Notes under the pieces: generated by a model
Database searches by the model: none
Told to the model about the DNA's origin: nothing
The model's input: only the letters and a program-made list of their open reading frames with translations
Assembly (NCBI RefSeq): GCF_009914755.1
Contig: NC_060926.1
From: the human T2T-CHM13v2.0 reference genome, Homo sapiens
Length of the DNA stretch: 64,000 bases
Strand: one strand, 5' to 3'
Part shown: positions 42,715-56,125 of the stretch, one piece after another
Layout of the letters: each line of letters begins with the position of its first letter
Numbering within the stretch: the first letter of the stretch is position 1
Translations under genes and position numbers: made by a program

Positions 42715-43135
42715 TGTATTAGTCAAAGTTTACCAGAAACTGAAAGGAGATACATAGATATATATAAGAGGAGGTTTATCATGGCAATTAGCTCACACCA
42801 ATTATGGAGGCTGAAAAGTCCCACTATCTACCACCTGCTAGCTGGAGACCCAGGAAAGCCAGTGACACAGTTCAGCCAGAGTCTGAAGGATTGTGAACCA
42901 GGGACCACTGGTGTAAGTCTTGGAGTTCAAAGGCCCGAGAATTGTAAGCCCTGATGTCTGAGGGCAGGAGAAAATGGAAGTCGCAGCCAAAGAAGAGAGA
43001 AGTTGCCCTTCCTTCACCCTTTTGTTTTTTTTTCGGGCCCTCAACAGATGGGATGATGCCTGCTCATGTTGGTGAGGGCCAATCTCCTTTATTCAGTCTC
43101 CTGATTCAAACACTAATGTCTTCAGGAAACAGACA
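42715..43135 (-). mobile_element. MLT2 (ERVL) LTR, truncated
   Basis: TGTATTAGTC...ATTATGGAGGCTGAAAAGTCCC...GCTGGAGACCCAGGAAAGCC...CTAATGTCTTCAGGAAACA. Confidence 0.8.
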
Positions 43136-45580
43136 TTCTGTGTCCTGAATGGTATTGTCTAGGTTTTTATAGTTTTGGGTTTTATATTTAAGTCTTTAAT
43201 CCATCTTGAGTTGATTTTTGTCTAACAGAAGGTGTAAGAAAGGGGGCTGGTTTCAATCTTTTGTATATGGCTAGCCAGTTATCACAGTATCATTTTTTGA
43301 ATAAGGAGTCCTTTCCCTATTGCTTGTTTTTGTCAGCTTTGTTGAATATCAGATGACTGTTGGTGTGCAGATTTATTTCTGAGCTCTCTGCTCTATTCCA
43401 TTGGTCTATGTGTCTGTTTTTGTACCAGTACCATGCTGTTTGATTACTGTGGCCCTGTAGTATAATTTGAAGTCAGATAGTGTGATGCCTCCAGCTTTGT
43501 TCTTTTTGCTTAGGATTGCCTTGGCTATTTAGGCTCTTTTTTTGGTTATTTTTTCTAGTCCTATGAAGAATGTCATTGGTAGTTTAATTGAATCTATAAT
43601 TGCTTTGGGAAGTATGGCCATTTTAATGATATTGATTCTTTCTATCCATGAACATGGAATGTTTTGCCACTTGTTTTTGTTACCTTCAATTTCTTTGAGG
43701 AGTGTATTGTAGTTCTCATTGTAGAGCTCTTTCACCTTCCTGGTTAGATGTATTTCTAGGTACTGTATTCTTTTTGTGATAATTGTGAATGGGACTACCT
43801 TCCTAATTTGACTCTGGGCTTGGCTGTGGTTGGTGTGTGGGAATGCTAGTGATTTTTGCATGTTGATTTTGTATGAGACTTTGCTGAAGTTGTTTATCAG
43901 CTGAAGGAGCTTTTGGGCCAAGAGCTTTTTGTTCTCTGCTAGCTTTGGGGTTGGTTTGCTCTTGGTTCTCTAGTTCTTTTAGTTGTGATGTGGGGTTGGT
44001 AAATTGAGATCTTTCTAATTTTTTGATGTGGGTGTTTATTGCTGCAAATTTCCCTCTTAACACTGCTTCAGCTTTGTCCCAGAGATTTTGATATGTTGTA
44101 TTTTTGTTCTCATTAGTTTCAAAGAATTTCTAGATTTGTGCCTTAATTTCAAGGTTTTCTAGATGTAGGATCATGTCATCTGCTAACAGAGATAGTTTGA
44201 CATCCACTCTTTCTATTTGGAAGCCCTTTATTTCTTTCTCTTTCCTGTTGTTATGGCCAGGACTTTCAATACTATGTTGAATAGGAGTGGTGAGAGAGGG
44301 CATCCTTGTCTTGTGCTGGTTTTCAAGGAGAATGCTTGCAGCTTTGGTCCACTCAGTATGATGTTTGTGGGTTTGTCATAGATGGGTCTTATTATTTTGA
44401 GGCATGTTCCTTCAATACCTAGTTTACTGAGACTTCTTAACATGAAGGGTGTTGATTTTGTTGAAAGCCTTTTCTGCATCTATTAAGATAATGATGTGTT
44501 TTTTGTCTTTAGTTCTGTTTATGTGATGTATCACATTTATTGTTTTGTGTATGTTGAACCAGCCTTGCATCCCAGGGATAAAACCAACTTGATCATGGTG
44601 GATAAGCTTTTGGATGTGCTGCTGGATTTGGATTGCCAGTATTTTGTTGAGGATTTTTGCATTGATGTTCGTCAAGGATATTGGCCTGAAGTTTTGAATT
44701 TTTTGTGTGTGTCTCTGCCAGCTTTTGGTTTCAGGATGTTGCTAGCCTCATAGAATGAGTTAGGAGGGAGTTCCTCCTACTCAATTTTTGGAATAGTTTC
44801 TACAGAAATGCTATCATCTCTTCTTTGTACATCTGGTAGAATTTGGCTGTGAATCTGGTCCTGGGCTGTTTTTCATCAGTAGACTATGACTGATTCAACT
44901 TTGGAGCTTGTTATTGGTCTGTTCAAAGATTTAGTTTCTTTCTGGTTCAGTCTTGGGAGGGTTCCTTTGTCCAGGGATTTATCCATTTCTTCCAGATTTC
45001 TGGTTTGTGTGCATAGAGGTCTTCTTAATATTCTCTGACGGCTATTTTTATTTCTGTGGGGTCAGTGGTAATATCCCCTTTGTCATTTCTGATTGTGTTT
45101 ATTTGAATCTTCCCTCTTTTCTTCTTTATTAGTCTAGCTAGCTGTCTGTTTTATTAATATTTTTCAAAAAACTAACTCCTGGAGTTGTTGATCTTTTGAA
45201 TGATTTTTCATGTCTCAGTGTCCCTCAGTTCAGCTCTGATTTCAGTTGTCTTTTGTTCTCTTCTAGCTTTGGGGTTGATTTGCTCTTGGTTCTCTAGTTC
45301 TTTTAGTTGTGATGTGGACTTGGTAAATTGAGATCTTTCTAATTTTTTGATGTGGGTGTTTAGTGCTGCAAATTTCCCTCTTAACACTGCTTCAGCTTTG
45401 TCCCAGATATTTTGATATGTTGTATTTTTGTTCTCATTAGTTGCAAAGAATTTCTTGATGTGTGCCTTAATTTCATTGTTTACCCAAAAGTCATTCAGGA
45501 GCAGGTTACTGAATTTCCATGAAATTGTATGGTTTTTTAGTAATTTTCGTGATCTTGATTTCTAATTTTACTGCACTGTG
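43136..45580 (-). mobile_element. Older primate L1 (L1PA/L1PB) ORF2 fragment, lacking both ends
   Basis: ORF2 fragments [57 protein letters not shown]. Confidence 0.92.
43925..44151 (-). repeat. Direct duplicate of 45250-45475 inserted ~1.3 kb away in the same L1
   Basis: About 9 substitutions plus one T-run indel over ~227 nt by manual count. Confidence 0.92.
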
Positions 45581-45903
45581 CTATTTTAATTTTCAATGCC
45601 CTAATAACATATGAGTTTGAGCATCTTTTCATATGCTACTTGCCATCTGTGCCATCTGTGTATCTTCTTTGGTGAGATGTCTGTTTAAATCTTCTGCCCA
45701 TTTTTAAATTGCTTTTTTTTTCTTATTGTTGAGTTTTAAGAGTTCTTTCTATATTTTGGGTGCAAGTACTTTATCAGATATATGTTTTGCAAATATTTTC
45801 TCCCAGACTGTGGCTTGTTTTTTCATTCTCTTAATGCCTTTTGTAGAGAATAAGTTTTTCATTTTCATGAAATATAACTTATCCTTTTTTACATGGATTG
45901 TGC

Positions 45904-45935
<32 letters not shown>

Positions 45936-46330
45936 CATGGATTGTATTGTAACTCAAAAGTCACTGCCAAACTCAAGGTCACCTGATTCTCTCATAGGAG
46001 TTTTATAATTTTGCATTTTACATTTAGGTCTATGACCCATTTAGAGTTAGTTCTCATGAAAGCTGTAAGGCATGTGTTAGATTTTTTTTTTTTTTTTTTT
46101 GCATGCGAATATCTGATTGTTCCAGCACCATTTGTTGAAAAGATGCTCTTTTCTCCATTGTATTGCCTTTGCTCTTTTGCCAAAGATCAGTGGACAATAT
46201 TTGTATGGGTCTATTTCTGGGCTCTTTATTCCATTCCATTGATCTATGTGTCTATTCTTTGGTCAATACCTCACTGTCTGGACTGTGATAGCTTCATAGT
46301 AAGTCTTAAAGTTGGGTATTGTTAGTCCTC
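45580..46330 (-). mobile_element. Old L1M ORF2 fragment with (TG)n at ~45906-45932
   Basis: GAGCATCTTTTCATATG...TTCCAGCACCATTTGTTGAAAAGA...GTAAGTCTTAAAGTTGGG. Confidence 0.8.
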
Positions 46331-47721
46331 ATCAGAAGCTTTTGATAGTTTTACTTTGTGTACAGATTTTATTCCTTTTAAAAATCTGAATTTATCACAA
46401 GATTCTTCTTGCAGCATCATTCTTAGCTTATTTCTTCTCTTTTATTCTGTATATACATTCTTTGCAGGTACATTGTCAAGATTTTAATTTGGGAAACTCC
46501 CGTTTTTTCCTGAGTTGTTTTTCCCTCCATTTTGAGTTAGGCAGGCTACGGCATTGTCAGAATGGACACGTAGTGGTAGTGAATACTTTTGAACTGTTTT
46601 AAGAAATGTCCTGTATCTGCAAAGAGCAAGTTTGAATGTTGCAGTGTAGCCTATCCAATTGTAAGTTGGTAATTTTTACAGATGTGCTACAATATATACT
46701 GTTTTCTATTTGATAGTTGTGTTTTAGAATATAAAATACCGATAGTTTAATGACATTTTTGTTAATAAAATACTATTACATATTTAATATGAATACAGAC
46801 AAAAATCAATGATGCATTAAAACCTAAAGGAGTGGGATATGAATATAATTTCTGAAGCAATGACAAAATGGAATCAATAGAAAATTTCAAAAACGGAATT
46901 ATTTGATATAGTCTATATAAGTAAAGCGAACTACAGTAGTTGAGACACAGATGCAGATGCTAGAAAATTCTACTGAGATTTATATTTTAACATTTCTTAA
47001 AGACTCAAGTACATACAGCTAGAGGCTGCAGAAAAGCAGAAAAAGGCTTTCACATTTATCAAATGATCGATGGGTCTCTAGCGTTAATAATTGTTTTGAA
47101 AATTGCTGTTTCCTCTGAGGTTGCCTTTTAATCAGCATTTGTTCAGCTGCATCATTGTAGGAATTTGTTTATTGCTTTTTGAAGCTGGAGAATTACAGGC
47201 CCTCTCTCTTTTATTTTACTTTTAAGAGTCAGCTTTGTGTTTGCAGTGTCAAAATTTACATTTTAAGGAGATAGGTAGGGAAAGCAGAGAAACAAAAACC
47301 TGCATCTTAGAGAACTTTTGTCTTCTTGGCTGTGAAATTCACAGTGAAAAGAATACCACACTAATGTTTCTGTTCATTTCCAGGAACTTTCAAGGCAGGA
47401 TTTTAACAATGCCCCATTTTTCTTACTTTCTTTCCTTTTTTTAAAACATGGAAGTATCTGATAGTGGGGTTAATTATTCCATTCTATTGAGTGAACATTC
47501 AGAACCAATGCCTGGATAAATGTCACAGTGTTTCCTAACAGAGAAATCTTCTGTATTTCAGTGGGTTAGGGTGACCAGGTTTGCTGCAGAGGCTGTGCAG
47601 TGAATAAGGGTGTTGCTTCTAAAGGACAACATTTATACCTCTGACAGCATTAATTTCTATTTTTATAACAACAGTTTTCCAGCTGGTGAAGATAATGTCT
47701 TGTCCTAACAAAATTAATACA

Positions 47722-48237
47722 CAATTAATCCTTGAACAATGCAAGGTTTAGGTGTGTTAACTTCTTGCCCAGTTGAAAATTCTTGTAGAACTTTTGATTC
47801 CCCTAAAATTTAATTACTAATAGCCTACGATTGACTGGAAGCCTTACCAGTAATATAAACAGTCAATTAATACATATTTTGTATGTTATATGTATTATGT
47901 AGTGTATTCTTACAATAAAGTAAGCTAGAGAAAAGAACATGTTATAAAGAAAATCAAAAGGAAGAGAAAATACATTTACTATTCATTAAGTGGAAGTGGA
48001 TCATCATAAGGGTCTTCATCCTCATTGTCTTCACGTTAAGTAGACTGAGGAGGAGGAGAAATGGGAGGGGTTGGTCTTGCTGGCTCAGGGGTGGCAGAGG
48101 CAGAAGAGATGGAGGAGATGGAAGGGGAGGCAGGAGACGCAGGCACATTTGGTGTAACTTATTGAAAAAAAAATTGAAGAAAATTTGTGCGTAAGTCGAC
48201 CAACAGAGTTCAAACCTGTGTTCTCAAGGGTCAACTG
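47722..48237. mobile_element. Tigger2a-like DNA transposon
   Basis: TIRs CAATTAATCCTTGAACAA / TTCTCAAGGGTCAACTG-TA; internal GAAGTGGATCATCATAAGGGTCTTCATCCTC. Confidence 0.8.
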
Positions 48238-48379
48238 TATTATGAAAATTTTCCAGTAGATGAAAGTAAAGTGTCTTATGGAAGAGAAACCTTTTTTCTA
48301 ATTTGTACAGCTACAGGGATGATCATGCTTACAAAGGTGAAAACTGCTGGAAGCAGAGTAGATTTGGGGAAGAAATTTC

Positions 48380-49545
48380 TTGGGTTGCATTTTTCAACCG
48401 TTAAAGTTGTTCAACCATGAGGCCAAGAAAGCAATTGAATGTATTCAACTAAAAAGAGAGATTTAGGTTAGCAATATACATATAGGAAGAAACACTACCT
48501 ACACAATGGTGACAATATAGTGATGGGTAAAATCATGAAAAGATGGAGTGTAGAGTTGTAAGAGAAGTTCTAGCATTGGAGGAAATCCAAAGTTTAACAG
48601 GGAATGGAGGAGGAATCAGCAAACAGACGAGGAAGGACAACAAGGGGTCCATAAGAAAGATGCAACCATGTGACTTCAGGGGAGCCGAGGAAGAGAGAGG
48701 CTCAGGAAGGGAGTCATCCTCAGTGTGGAAGTTGCTGAGAGAACAGGTTGGATGAGAAAGGCACAGGGTCCCCTGGACTCAGGAGGAGGAGGAAAGGCAA
48801 AATGCAGTTGCATGAGAAGTGACTGAGTGATGAACAAATGGCAGCTCTGAGACATTTAGCTGTGGAGGATGGTGATAGGGCAGTGACTGAAGAAGATAAA
48901 GGATGGGAGGAGTTTCTTTTTTACTAATGAGAAAGACTTAAGTGTTGGGGGACAGTTTTTCATGGGTCTCTCACACTCCTGTGCATCTTGCAAGCAGAGG
49001 CATTGACTGCCTTTGTTCAAAACTATATTTTCAGGAATGTTTGTATGGGGAATAGGCTTGGAAGATAGAGACAGTGTTTTCCTCCCATCAGGGGGTAGAT
49101 TTGTTTACTGTCAGTCAACAAGATAATGTCTCCCTCTGGGGAAAATCTCAGGCAGGCTTTAGGGCTCACTATGAAAAACTGGTTTCCCTAAGCACAAGGC
49201 TCCTATAATGCACCTTGAAATGACCCCAGGTATTACTTGGCCCTTTTCACGTTATTTTATGGGCATTGGGGCTCAGTAAACCAATGTCAGTAGGCTGGTG
49301 CTTGTGCTGTTTGCTGTGAGTAATAAAATCCTTTGCCTCTGACCCAGGAGTCTTGTGTTTTCTCCCATCATCCATAAAATCATGGCAAGCTACTTGTTTG
49401 CTTGCAAGCAGAGTCAAATCTCAGGCTTTCACAGTTTTTCAGAGTAAGCATTGATGGTAAAAATCCTGTAGAAAGGGAGAGAAGGAATCATTATAATCAA
49501 GTTTTCTGAGATCAGTGAGGAGATGAGATTTAATGTATAGTTGGG
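48380..49545 (-). mobile_element. L2 fragments flanking LTR40
   Basis: Purine-rich L2-like sequence (GGAAGGGAGTCATCCTCAGTGTGGAAGTTGCTGAGAG). Confidence 0.45.
48943..49443 (+). mobile_element. LTR40a-like ERVL solo LTR
   Basis: TGTTGGGGGACAGTTTTTCATGGGTCTCTCAC...GCAGAGGCATTGACTGCCTTTGTTC...GAGTAATAAAATCCTTTG. Confidence 0.8.
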
Positions 49546-49833
49546 AGTTTTCAAAAACAACCTCCAAAATCTAGAAGTCTTGGCATGATTCAGCCACACA
49601 GATTCTAGCTCTTTGATATATAGTCCTTTGCATATAACATTCTTCTGCTCTCAGCTAATGTGCTGCTGCTAATTTTAGCAAGTTTCAAAGCCAGAGCAAA
49701 AGACAAGAAAAATGTTGTGTGTTGTATTCTCCTCACAGGCTTATATTTGCAACATACTTTTTTGGATCCTGGTTATAAATAGGGTTTGTCATTTACTGAT
49801 ATTTTACATAAATAATTTTATCTCGACATCTTC

Positions 49834-50123
49834 GGTGAATGTGTGTGTCTGTGTGAAAGTGTGTGTGTCAGTGTATATGTGTGTCTGCATGTATACGAGT
49901 GTGTCTGTGTGTGTGCATGTGGTGTGTCCGTGTGAATGTGTCAGTGTGTCATGTGAATGTGTGTGTATGAGTGTGTGTGTAGCGTGTCTGTGTGAATGAG
50001 TGCGTGTCAATGTGTATGTGTGTCTGTATGAATGTGTATGTGTCAGTGTGTATGTGCGTCTATGTGTATGCAGGAGTGGGCCTGTGTGTGTGTGCATGTG
50101 TTGTGCATGTGTGTCTGTATGTG
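49834..50123. repeat. Degenerate (TG)n-rich simple repeat, ~290 bp
   Basis: Directly visible; it gives rise to the CV/HT-rich ORFs. Confidence 0.9.
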
Positions 50124-51273
50124 TACTTCATTTCTTTCTTCCATCCATTATATTATTGGGAAGAAGGCTTTCTTTCATAAATAGCACACTTGGCTTCTAA
50201 ATTAACTCTTCATTGAGAGGAACATGAGCACCATGAAACACAAACCCAATCTAGGGAAACAATGGTGTTTCCTGCTCTTGTGTCTGTGGGACTGGCGAGT
50301 ATCAGTGCATATTTTTTATTCTTTATAAAACTCCCAAATCAGAATACTCTGGTAATCCTGATTATTCACATTCATTCCCCCTTCTAAAATTTATTATTTC
50401 ATTTGAACTGAAAAAGGCTGTCATTATTTTTTTTAATAAACTTAAATAAACAATTTTGGTTCTTACATGCTTTGCTTTTAATTTGGAATTTAAATAAAAA
50501 ATTAAGAATATTTTAACCTAAAAAATATTTTTTAAGGATAAATATGCTTTAAGATAATAATTCTTCATATACATAGATAAAATAATTCCATGAATGTGTT
50601 TAAATAGAAGCCATTTTTTCTCTACTAGTTTCTTGGCCTGGGTTTCCCTCGTTCTCTCCTGAACCTTTCTCTGCAGTTACATGGCTGTTCTAATTGAGCG
50701 TGCTGTAAGCAAGCTGGCGTGCACACCTAATGCCATAAGCCAGGCAGCCTTTGCTTTCTTCCATTGTAATCTCAGTGGCACATTAGATTTTAAATTAACC
50801 TTGTGAAATTGTATCTCTCAAAGGCACTTTTTAAATTAAAAAAAATCATAGTCATAGTCACTGATATATGTAATATATATAATATATGGATAATAATATA
50901 TGGATATATATCTTTTACAAGAAACACTTTAGTATTCACAAATTGAGTTCATATCAGTCCTTAAACAGATGTGGCAAATACAGACCTGATGTGACTGTGC
51001 TGAAATAAACACACGTGATAACTTATGTGGAGAGGGATGCTGATGGTTATAATGACCCTGCTGAAATCTATCCTCTGCATCTACATTTGCGGAATGGAAA
51101 CTCCCAGCCATTTAACAAGCCACTTATGATAGCAGACCCTAAAACAGAAGATCTTAACTTTTTGTACCATGAGCTTTTTTTGTACTTAACTTCTGTGGTA
51201 GTCCTGTGAGGATGATGAACCCCTCCTCAAAGTATTTTAAAATGCATAAAATGAAATACATAGAATCACAAAG

Positions 51274-51747
51274 TATAGCAGGTACTGTTGGTGCTCTTCG
51301 CAAATCCACTTGGAGTCCCCGTACCATTTCTGTGTGCTCATTTCCCAGATTTTGTGTGTGCTGTATCCTGACCCAGACCTGTGAGTTTCTTCCGACGACT
51401 GCTCTTGGCCAGGTGGAGCTCTTTGCCCATAGACAGAAAGCTAGCAGTGACTGTGAGTTTATGGGTTCTGAGCTCCCTAAGCTAATAACTGACTGTGCCC
51501 AGAGTTCGAAACCCCAGTTCTGTTACCTCTGGTTGAAACATACTCTGAGTTCTAGTGTTCACTCCAGACCTCCCAGTGGAACCAGGCTGAAGCTGAGGCC
51601 TCACGGGAAGTCTGAACCTTGCTGTCCTCTTTCCTTCCCTCTCCTTCCCCACTCCTCCCGTTTCTCTTGGAAGCTCTGCGTTCATAAAACGCTTGCACAT
51701 GAGCCCTCAACTCACAATCTTTTGTCTGGAAAACCTCACCTAAGATA
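51274..51747 (+). mobile_element. LTR16-like ERVL solo LTR
   Basis: TATAGCAGG...CTGGAAAACCTCACCTAAGATA; TSD CAAAG at 51269-51273 and 51748-51752. Confidence 0.7.
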
Positions 51748-52017
51748 CAAAGGAAACTGGAAATTCACTGACAAAGTATTTTTTTTTTTAACTGTGACAT
51801 AGTATGTGAATTTTTATTGACACAACAAATACCAGGATTCAGTGGTAAGTCTGATAATTACAATAATTTTGAAGCAGGGACGAACATAATTGATATTGTA
51901 AGACATCTGCAACAATAGTATTTCTAGTACTACAATGATTGCCCACATCCATAATAATAGGAAATACCAAATTTCAGTTACCATTAGTGAAAATAAAGAT
52001 GTAATTTCTCCACCTGT

Positions 52018-52464
52018 TGTAGGCAACATAATAGCCCCTCAGAGACATCCATTCCTAATCATGGAAACTTATGATTCTATTTCGTTACCTTACATGGCAA
52101 AGGGAAGTTGACCAATGTAGTTAAGTTAAAGATCTTGAAATAGGGAGGTAATTCTGGACCTAATGTAATCATAAGGGTCCTTATAAGAGGTAAAGAAGAG
52201 CATTAGAGTTAGAGAAAGAGATGCAATGATGGAAGCAGAGATTGGAGTGTTGCAGCCACAAGCCAAGGAATGCCAGTGGTCTGCAGAAGCTGGAAACAAG
52301 CAAAGAAGTGGCTTCCCCCGTGGATTCCCCAGAAGGATGCAGTGCTGCCCACACCTTGATGTCAGACTTCTGACTGCCAGGACTGGAAAGACAAACATTT
52401 GTGTGATTTTTAAGCCACAAAATTTGTGGTCGTTTGTAAAAAACAGCAGTAGGAAACTAAGACA
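52018..52464 (+). mobile_element. MLT1C/D-type solo LTR
   Basis: GTTACCTTACATGGCAAAGGGA...GCCACAAGCCAAGGAATGCC...AGCAGTAGGAAACTAAGACA. Confidence 0.85.
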
Positions 52465-52959
52465 CCACCCGAGTTCATAGATCCCTGAATTCCATCCACT
52501 GCCCTTGACGGGTCATAGACTCCAGATTAAGAGCCCTTTCAGAGAGATTAATTCCTTGGGAAGGATCTCAGTTCCCTCAACTACAAAATAATGGTGGTTT
52601 GTCTTAATGATGAATATGGCCTAGCTTGCTGCTTGGGTCACTGGTTTCACTGTCATTCATGGCCTTTGTCAATCTGGCCCAGGGAAGTTTGGCACCTAGT
52701 ACTAGAAATCGGAATGCCGAGACAAATTCCCCGCACTCAACCCTACTCTCATCTCAAACTAGGGAACACAGATATTACCAGCCAGGGTTAGAACAGGCTG
52801 GAGGGATTCACAGTTAAGTCTTGGTGCACAGTAGCTGAATGACTGGGGACTATGGTAGGGTGGCCAAGGAGAGTGGCTGTGTGCCAGGGCTTGGGCAATG
52901 GCCCAAGTGATGCAGGAATTACTACTTGGGCAGAGACAGACCTCTTACTCATGAAACAC

Positions 52960-53175
52960 ATATTCAATCACTCAGTAATACAGACTTCTGTTCAAGGACC
53001 TTATACTATAATTGGAGAGAAAAGGCAAACACACAAGTAGGCAAAGTAAGGAATTTTGCACTGAGAGCCAAGCCCTGTAAAGGGTGCTATGGGATTTTAG
53101 AGGGGAAAATAAATCAATAAAGGATAATCATAGAAGGCTTCATGGAGGAGGTGGGACCAGGCAGGTAGTAGTTGC
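52960..53175 (-). mobile_element. L2 fragment
   Basis: TAAAGGGTGCTATGGGA...ATCATAGAAGGCTTCATGGAGGAGGTG. Confidence 0.5.
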
Positions 53176-55127
53176 ACAGCCAGAGAAAAGAACAAGGAAA
53201 AGTCTAGTAGATTATAAAACATAATGAGCCAAAACTTGGAGGTGAGAAGAGGGCCATGTGCTTATTTCAGCTAATTGTGCTGAATTAAAATAATTCAGGG
53301 TTGTTCCCAGTGCCGTGCGCTGCAGCTGTGGTGTGGTCTTTGCCCTCAAGGAGTCCGTGGTGGCAGAGGAGGACACACAGGACAGGAATATGCTGAGCCA
53401 CATTCAATGAGAAAGATGTATGCACAGTGAAGCTTGATGATGGTGAGCTGCTTCTAGAAGCATGAGGTGGCATGGACAAGAGGGTCTTTGGAGAGAGGGC
53501 TGCTTAGGTGGGACAGCACAGTACGAACAAATAGGGTGGAAAGGCTGGCCTTGGAGCAGGGACTAGTGAGTATCAACAAGCAGCTCCATTCAGCACGTGC
53601 AGGTCTGACGGCCTGAGTCCCTTCCACCCCTACAAGTACAGGCAGGTGGAGGGAAGGCAAGCCAGAGAAACCCCCAGCACTCCGGGACTTGCTACTATAC
53701 TTTATTAATCCTTTAGTACTTTCCTTAAATAGGTCAAATCCCTCATAACGCAGTCCATGGAGTTTATCGATTTTTGTGGTACAGGATTTTGCTGCATTAC
53801 TTAAAATCCATTTCCAATTTATAAGCGCTCAATATAAAACTGCTGTTATTCAGCCTTTCATTATTGAATGATGAAGGGAAGAAAAGGCTTCAGAAAACCG
53901 AAGAAAGAAAGGAAGAAATTGCATGAATTTTTTAAACCATAGACCCTACAAACAAATCCTTTTTCCATCTCCATTTCCCAGGAATTTGGTAGATGGTTTG
54001 GGATGTCACGTTTTGCCTGTTGCTATTTCATTTTCCCGGAGAGCGTTTGACTCGGATGTTAGAGATAGTGGATAATTTATGCTTGGAAGAACATTGAAAA
54101 GGCCATGAGTAGCTCCATTTCATTCCTTCTCTGAAAGAACCAGTCCATTTAATAAGAAAGGGCCTGCTCCATCCATGTGAGGCAGGACAATCTTAAGTAG
54201 TTAGGGATTTTTCAATACAGAGAAGTTTTCCAAATGAGATCTAGTTAGCAATTGTTACGAGTGATCCTAGACAGCAGAAATGGCTAAACCGTTGGGGACC
54301 GCCCTGTCCTAGATGTGATAGTGGCCTGAATGTTCATTCCCCATATCTAGTCCCTCTCTAAATCCCCTGACACAGCACAACTGGGAAAGGCCGTCCCATG
54401 CAAGCTGTCTCTCGACTTCTTTTGGCCACATAAAAATGACTCTTGTGCCTGGAACAGTGCCTTTCCCAGAGATAATGAGCCCACACAGCCTGTGCCAGAC
54501 TAATTGCCTTTGTGGGGATATCTTTCCCCATTGCAAGCTTAGTACATTCCCATTTGCTGTGCTCAAGTGTGTGCCTCACACGGCACCTGGCCAACCTCAC
54601 TGCTGTATCTGTCCTCCACAAGGAGGGGATGGGGTCCTTCTGCTGAGGGATGAACAGGGTGTCTGTAGTCACATCTCTGCATGGGCTGCCTGGAGAGACT
54701 CACTAGCTGTAGGGAACCAGCACACAGTACTGAAGCTGGTCTCTTCCCTATGTAAGTGAAAGCATCACTCCAGACAGTGCTTGGCGACTCTGATACCAAG
54801 AAGCAATGTGCAAAAGTGTTTGGAGTACTTGCCTGGGTTTGGCACTGGTGCACAATGAAGGAGGCTTGGGGGCCAGGGCTTCAGCCCCTGGACAAGGTGG
54901 GAAGGTGGGATCAGCTCTATCTCTGAGGGGCTCAGAGACCTGAAGTGTCGATTGAGGAGCTTCAGTCCAAGAAGAGTGGCTCTCCACAAGGAGCTGGAAA
55001 TAATGGGGGGCAGTGGAGTTGACCATCTCCTACCACCATGAGTGTGTGACCCCGGCAGTATCTGCCAGGAATTGCTGGCCCCAGCACATCTGTAGGGAGC
55101 AGCATTGGAGGGCTGAGGTGCTGTCTG

Positions 55128-55490
55128 CTGTGGATAGAGTTGTATCTTCCCAAATTCATATTTTGTCCTCCCTAAACCCCCAGGGAGTGTGTTGAAGACA
55201 GGACCTTTAAGGAGGTGACTGAGGTGAAATGAGGTAATAAGGATGGAGCCCTGCTCCCATAAACCTGGTGCCTTTAAAAGAAAAGGAAAAGATGCCAGAG
55301 TTCTCGCTCCACAATTTGAGAACTTAGTGAGGAGATCCGGGAGCCAGGAAGAGGCCCTCAGCAGAATCTGGGCACGCCATCACCCTGAGCTCAGACTTCC
55401 CGCCTCCAGGGCTGCGATGAAATATGTGTCTGTTCTTTAAGACCCCGACCTGTGGTATTTTGTTGCTGCTGTTCAAGCTGACTAATTCAC
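55128..55490 (+). mobile_element. MLT1A/MST-type solo LTR
   Basis: TGTGGATAGAGTTGTATCTTCCCAAATTCATAT...TTTAAGGAGGTGACTGAGG...CTGTGGTATTTTGTT. Confidence 0.75.
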
Positions 55491-55681
55491 GGTTTATCTC
55501 TCAGGCTGGTAGGGGCTGGTACTTAACATTTCAGGAGAAATGGGCCCCCAAATCCTCTGCTCAGCCCATGACCTGGGGCAACAGGTTACTGTGGGCTGGC
55601 TTATTGCCAGTTCAGAGGGGTGGAAATCACCCTGCCTCTCTAACACCGGCTGGTTTTCCAAGAGGTAGCAACAGCAGAGAC

Positions 55682-56125
55682 TGTACTGGTTAGGGATTGC
55701 ATCTAGCTAGGAATAATAGAAAATGTAGCTATTAATAGATTGGCTTGAACAAATTAGGGGTTTTATTTTTTTCACTGTAACAGGTAGTCCAGAGCTAGGC
55801 ATTTCAAGGTTGGCATAGCAGGTCCATGATGCTGTGAGAGACTTGGGTTCTTTCTGTTATTCTGCGCAACTGCAATTAGCAGACAGCATGCTTATTACCT
55901 TGTAGTTTTCAAGATGACTTCTCTAGCTCTAGCATCAAGTTCCTGAACCTGGTCAGAAGAAGAGAAGGCCAACCAGCGTGTCAGCTGACACTGACCATCC
56001 CGTAGCAACTTCCACTTATATCCCATTGGCTCAGACTGTGCTCTTCCTACCTGAAGGCAGGCTGGGAGATTTGGTGCAACAAAATGTTCTGTTGGTAAGA
56101 AGAAGCAGAAGCAGAGAAGGACACT
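55682..56125 (-). mobile_element. Old MLT1 LTR
   Basis: GGCTTGAACAAATTAGGGGTTTTATT...TTCAAGATGACT...CCCATTGGCTCAGACTG...AGGCTGGGA. Confidence 0.6.

Larger units (their letters stand above)
51130..52540. mobile_element. hAT-Charlie element (MER119-like) split by two LTRs
   Basis: AACCCCTCCTCA...AAATGCATAAAATGAAATACATAG..CACAAAG | GAAAC...TTAGTGAAAATAAAGATGTAATTT | ...CCAGATTAAGAGCCCT. Confidence 0.6.

Noticed and set aside
49712-50200. Cys/Val- and His/Thr-rich ORFs
   Set aside because: Translations of a degenerate TG repeat.
51206-51802. 198-aa ORF
   Set aside because: Lies across a hAT element and an LTR16-like LTR, has no recognisable domain, and its first codon is GTG.
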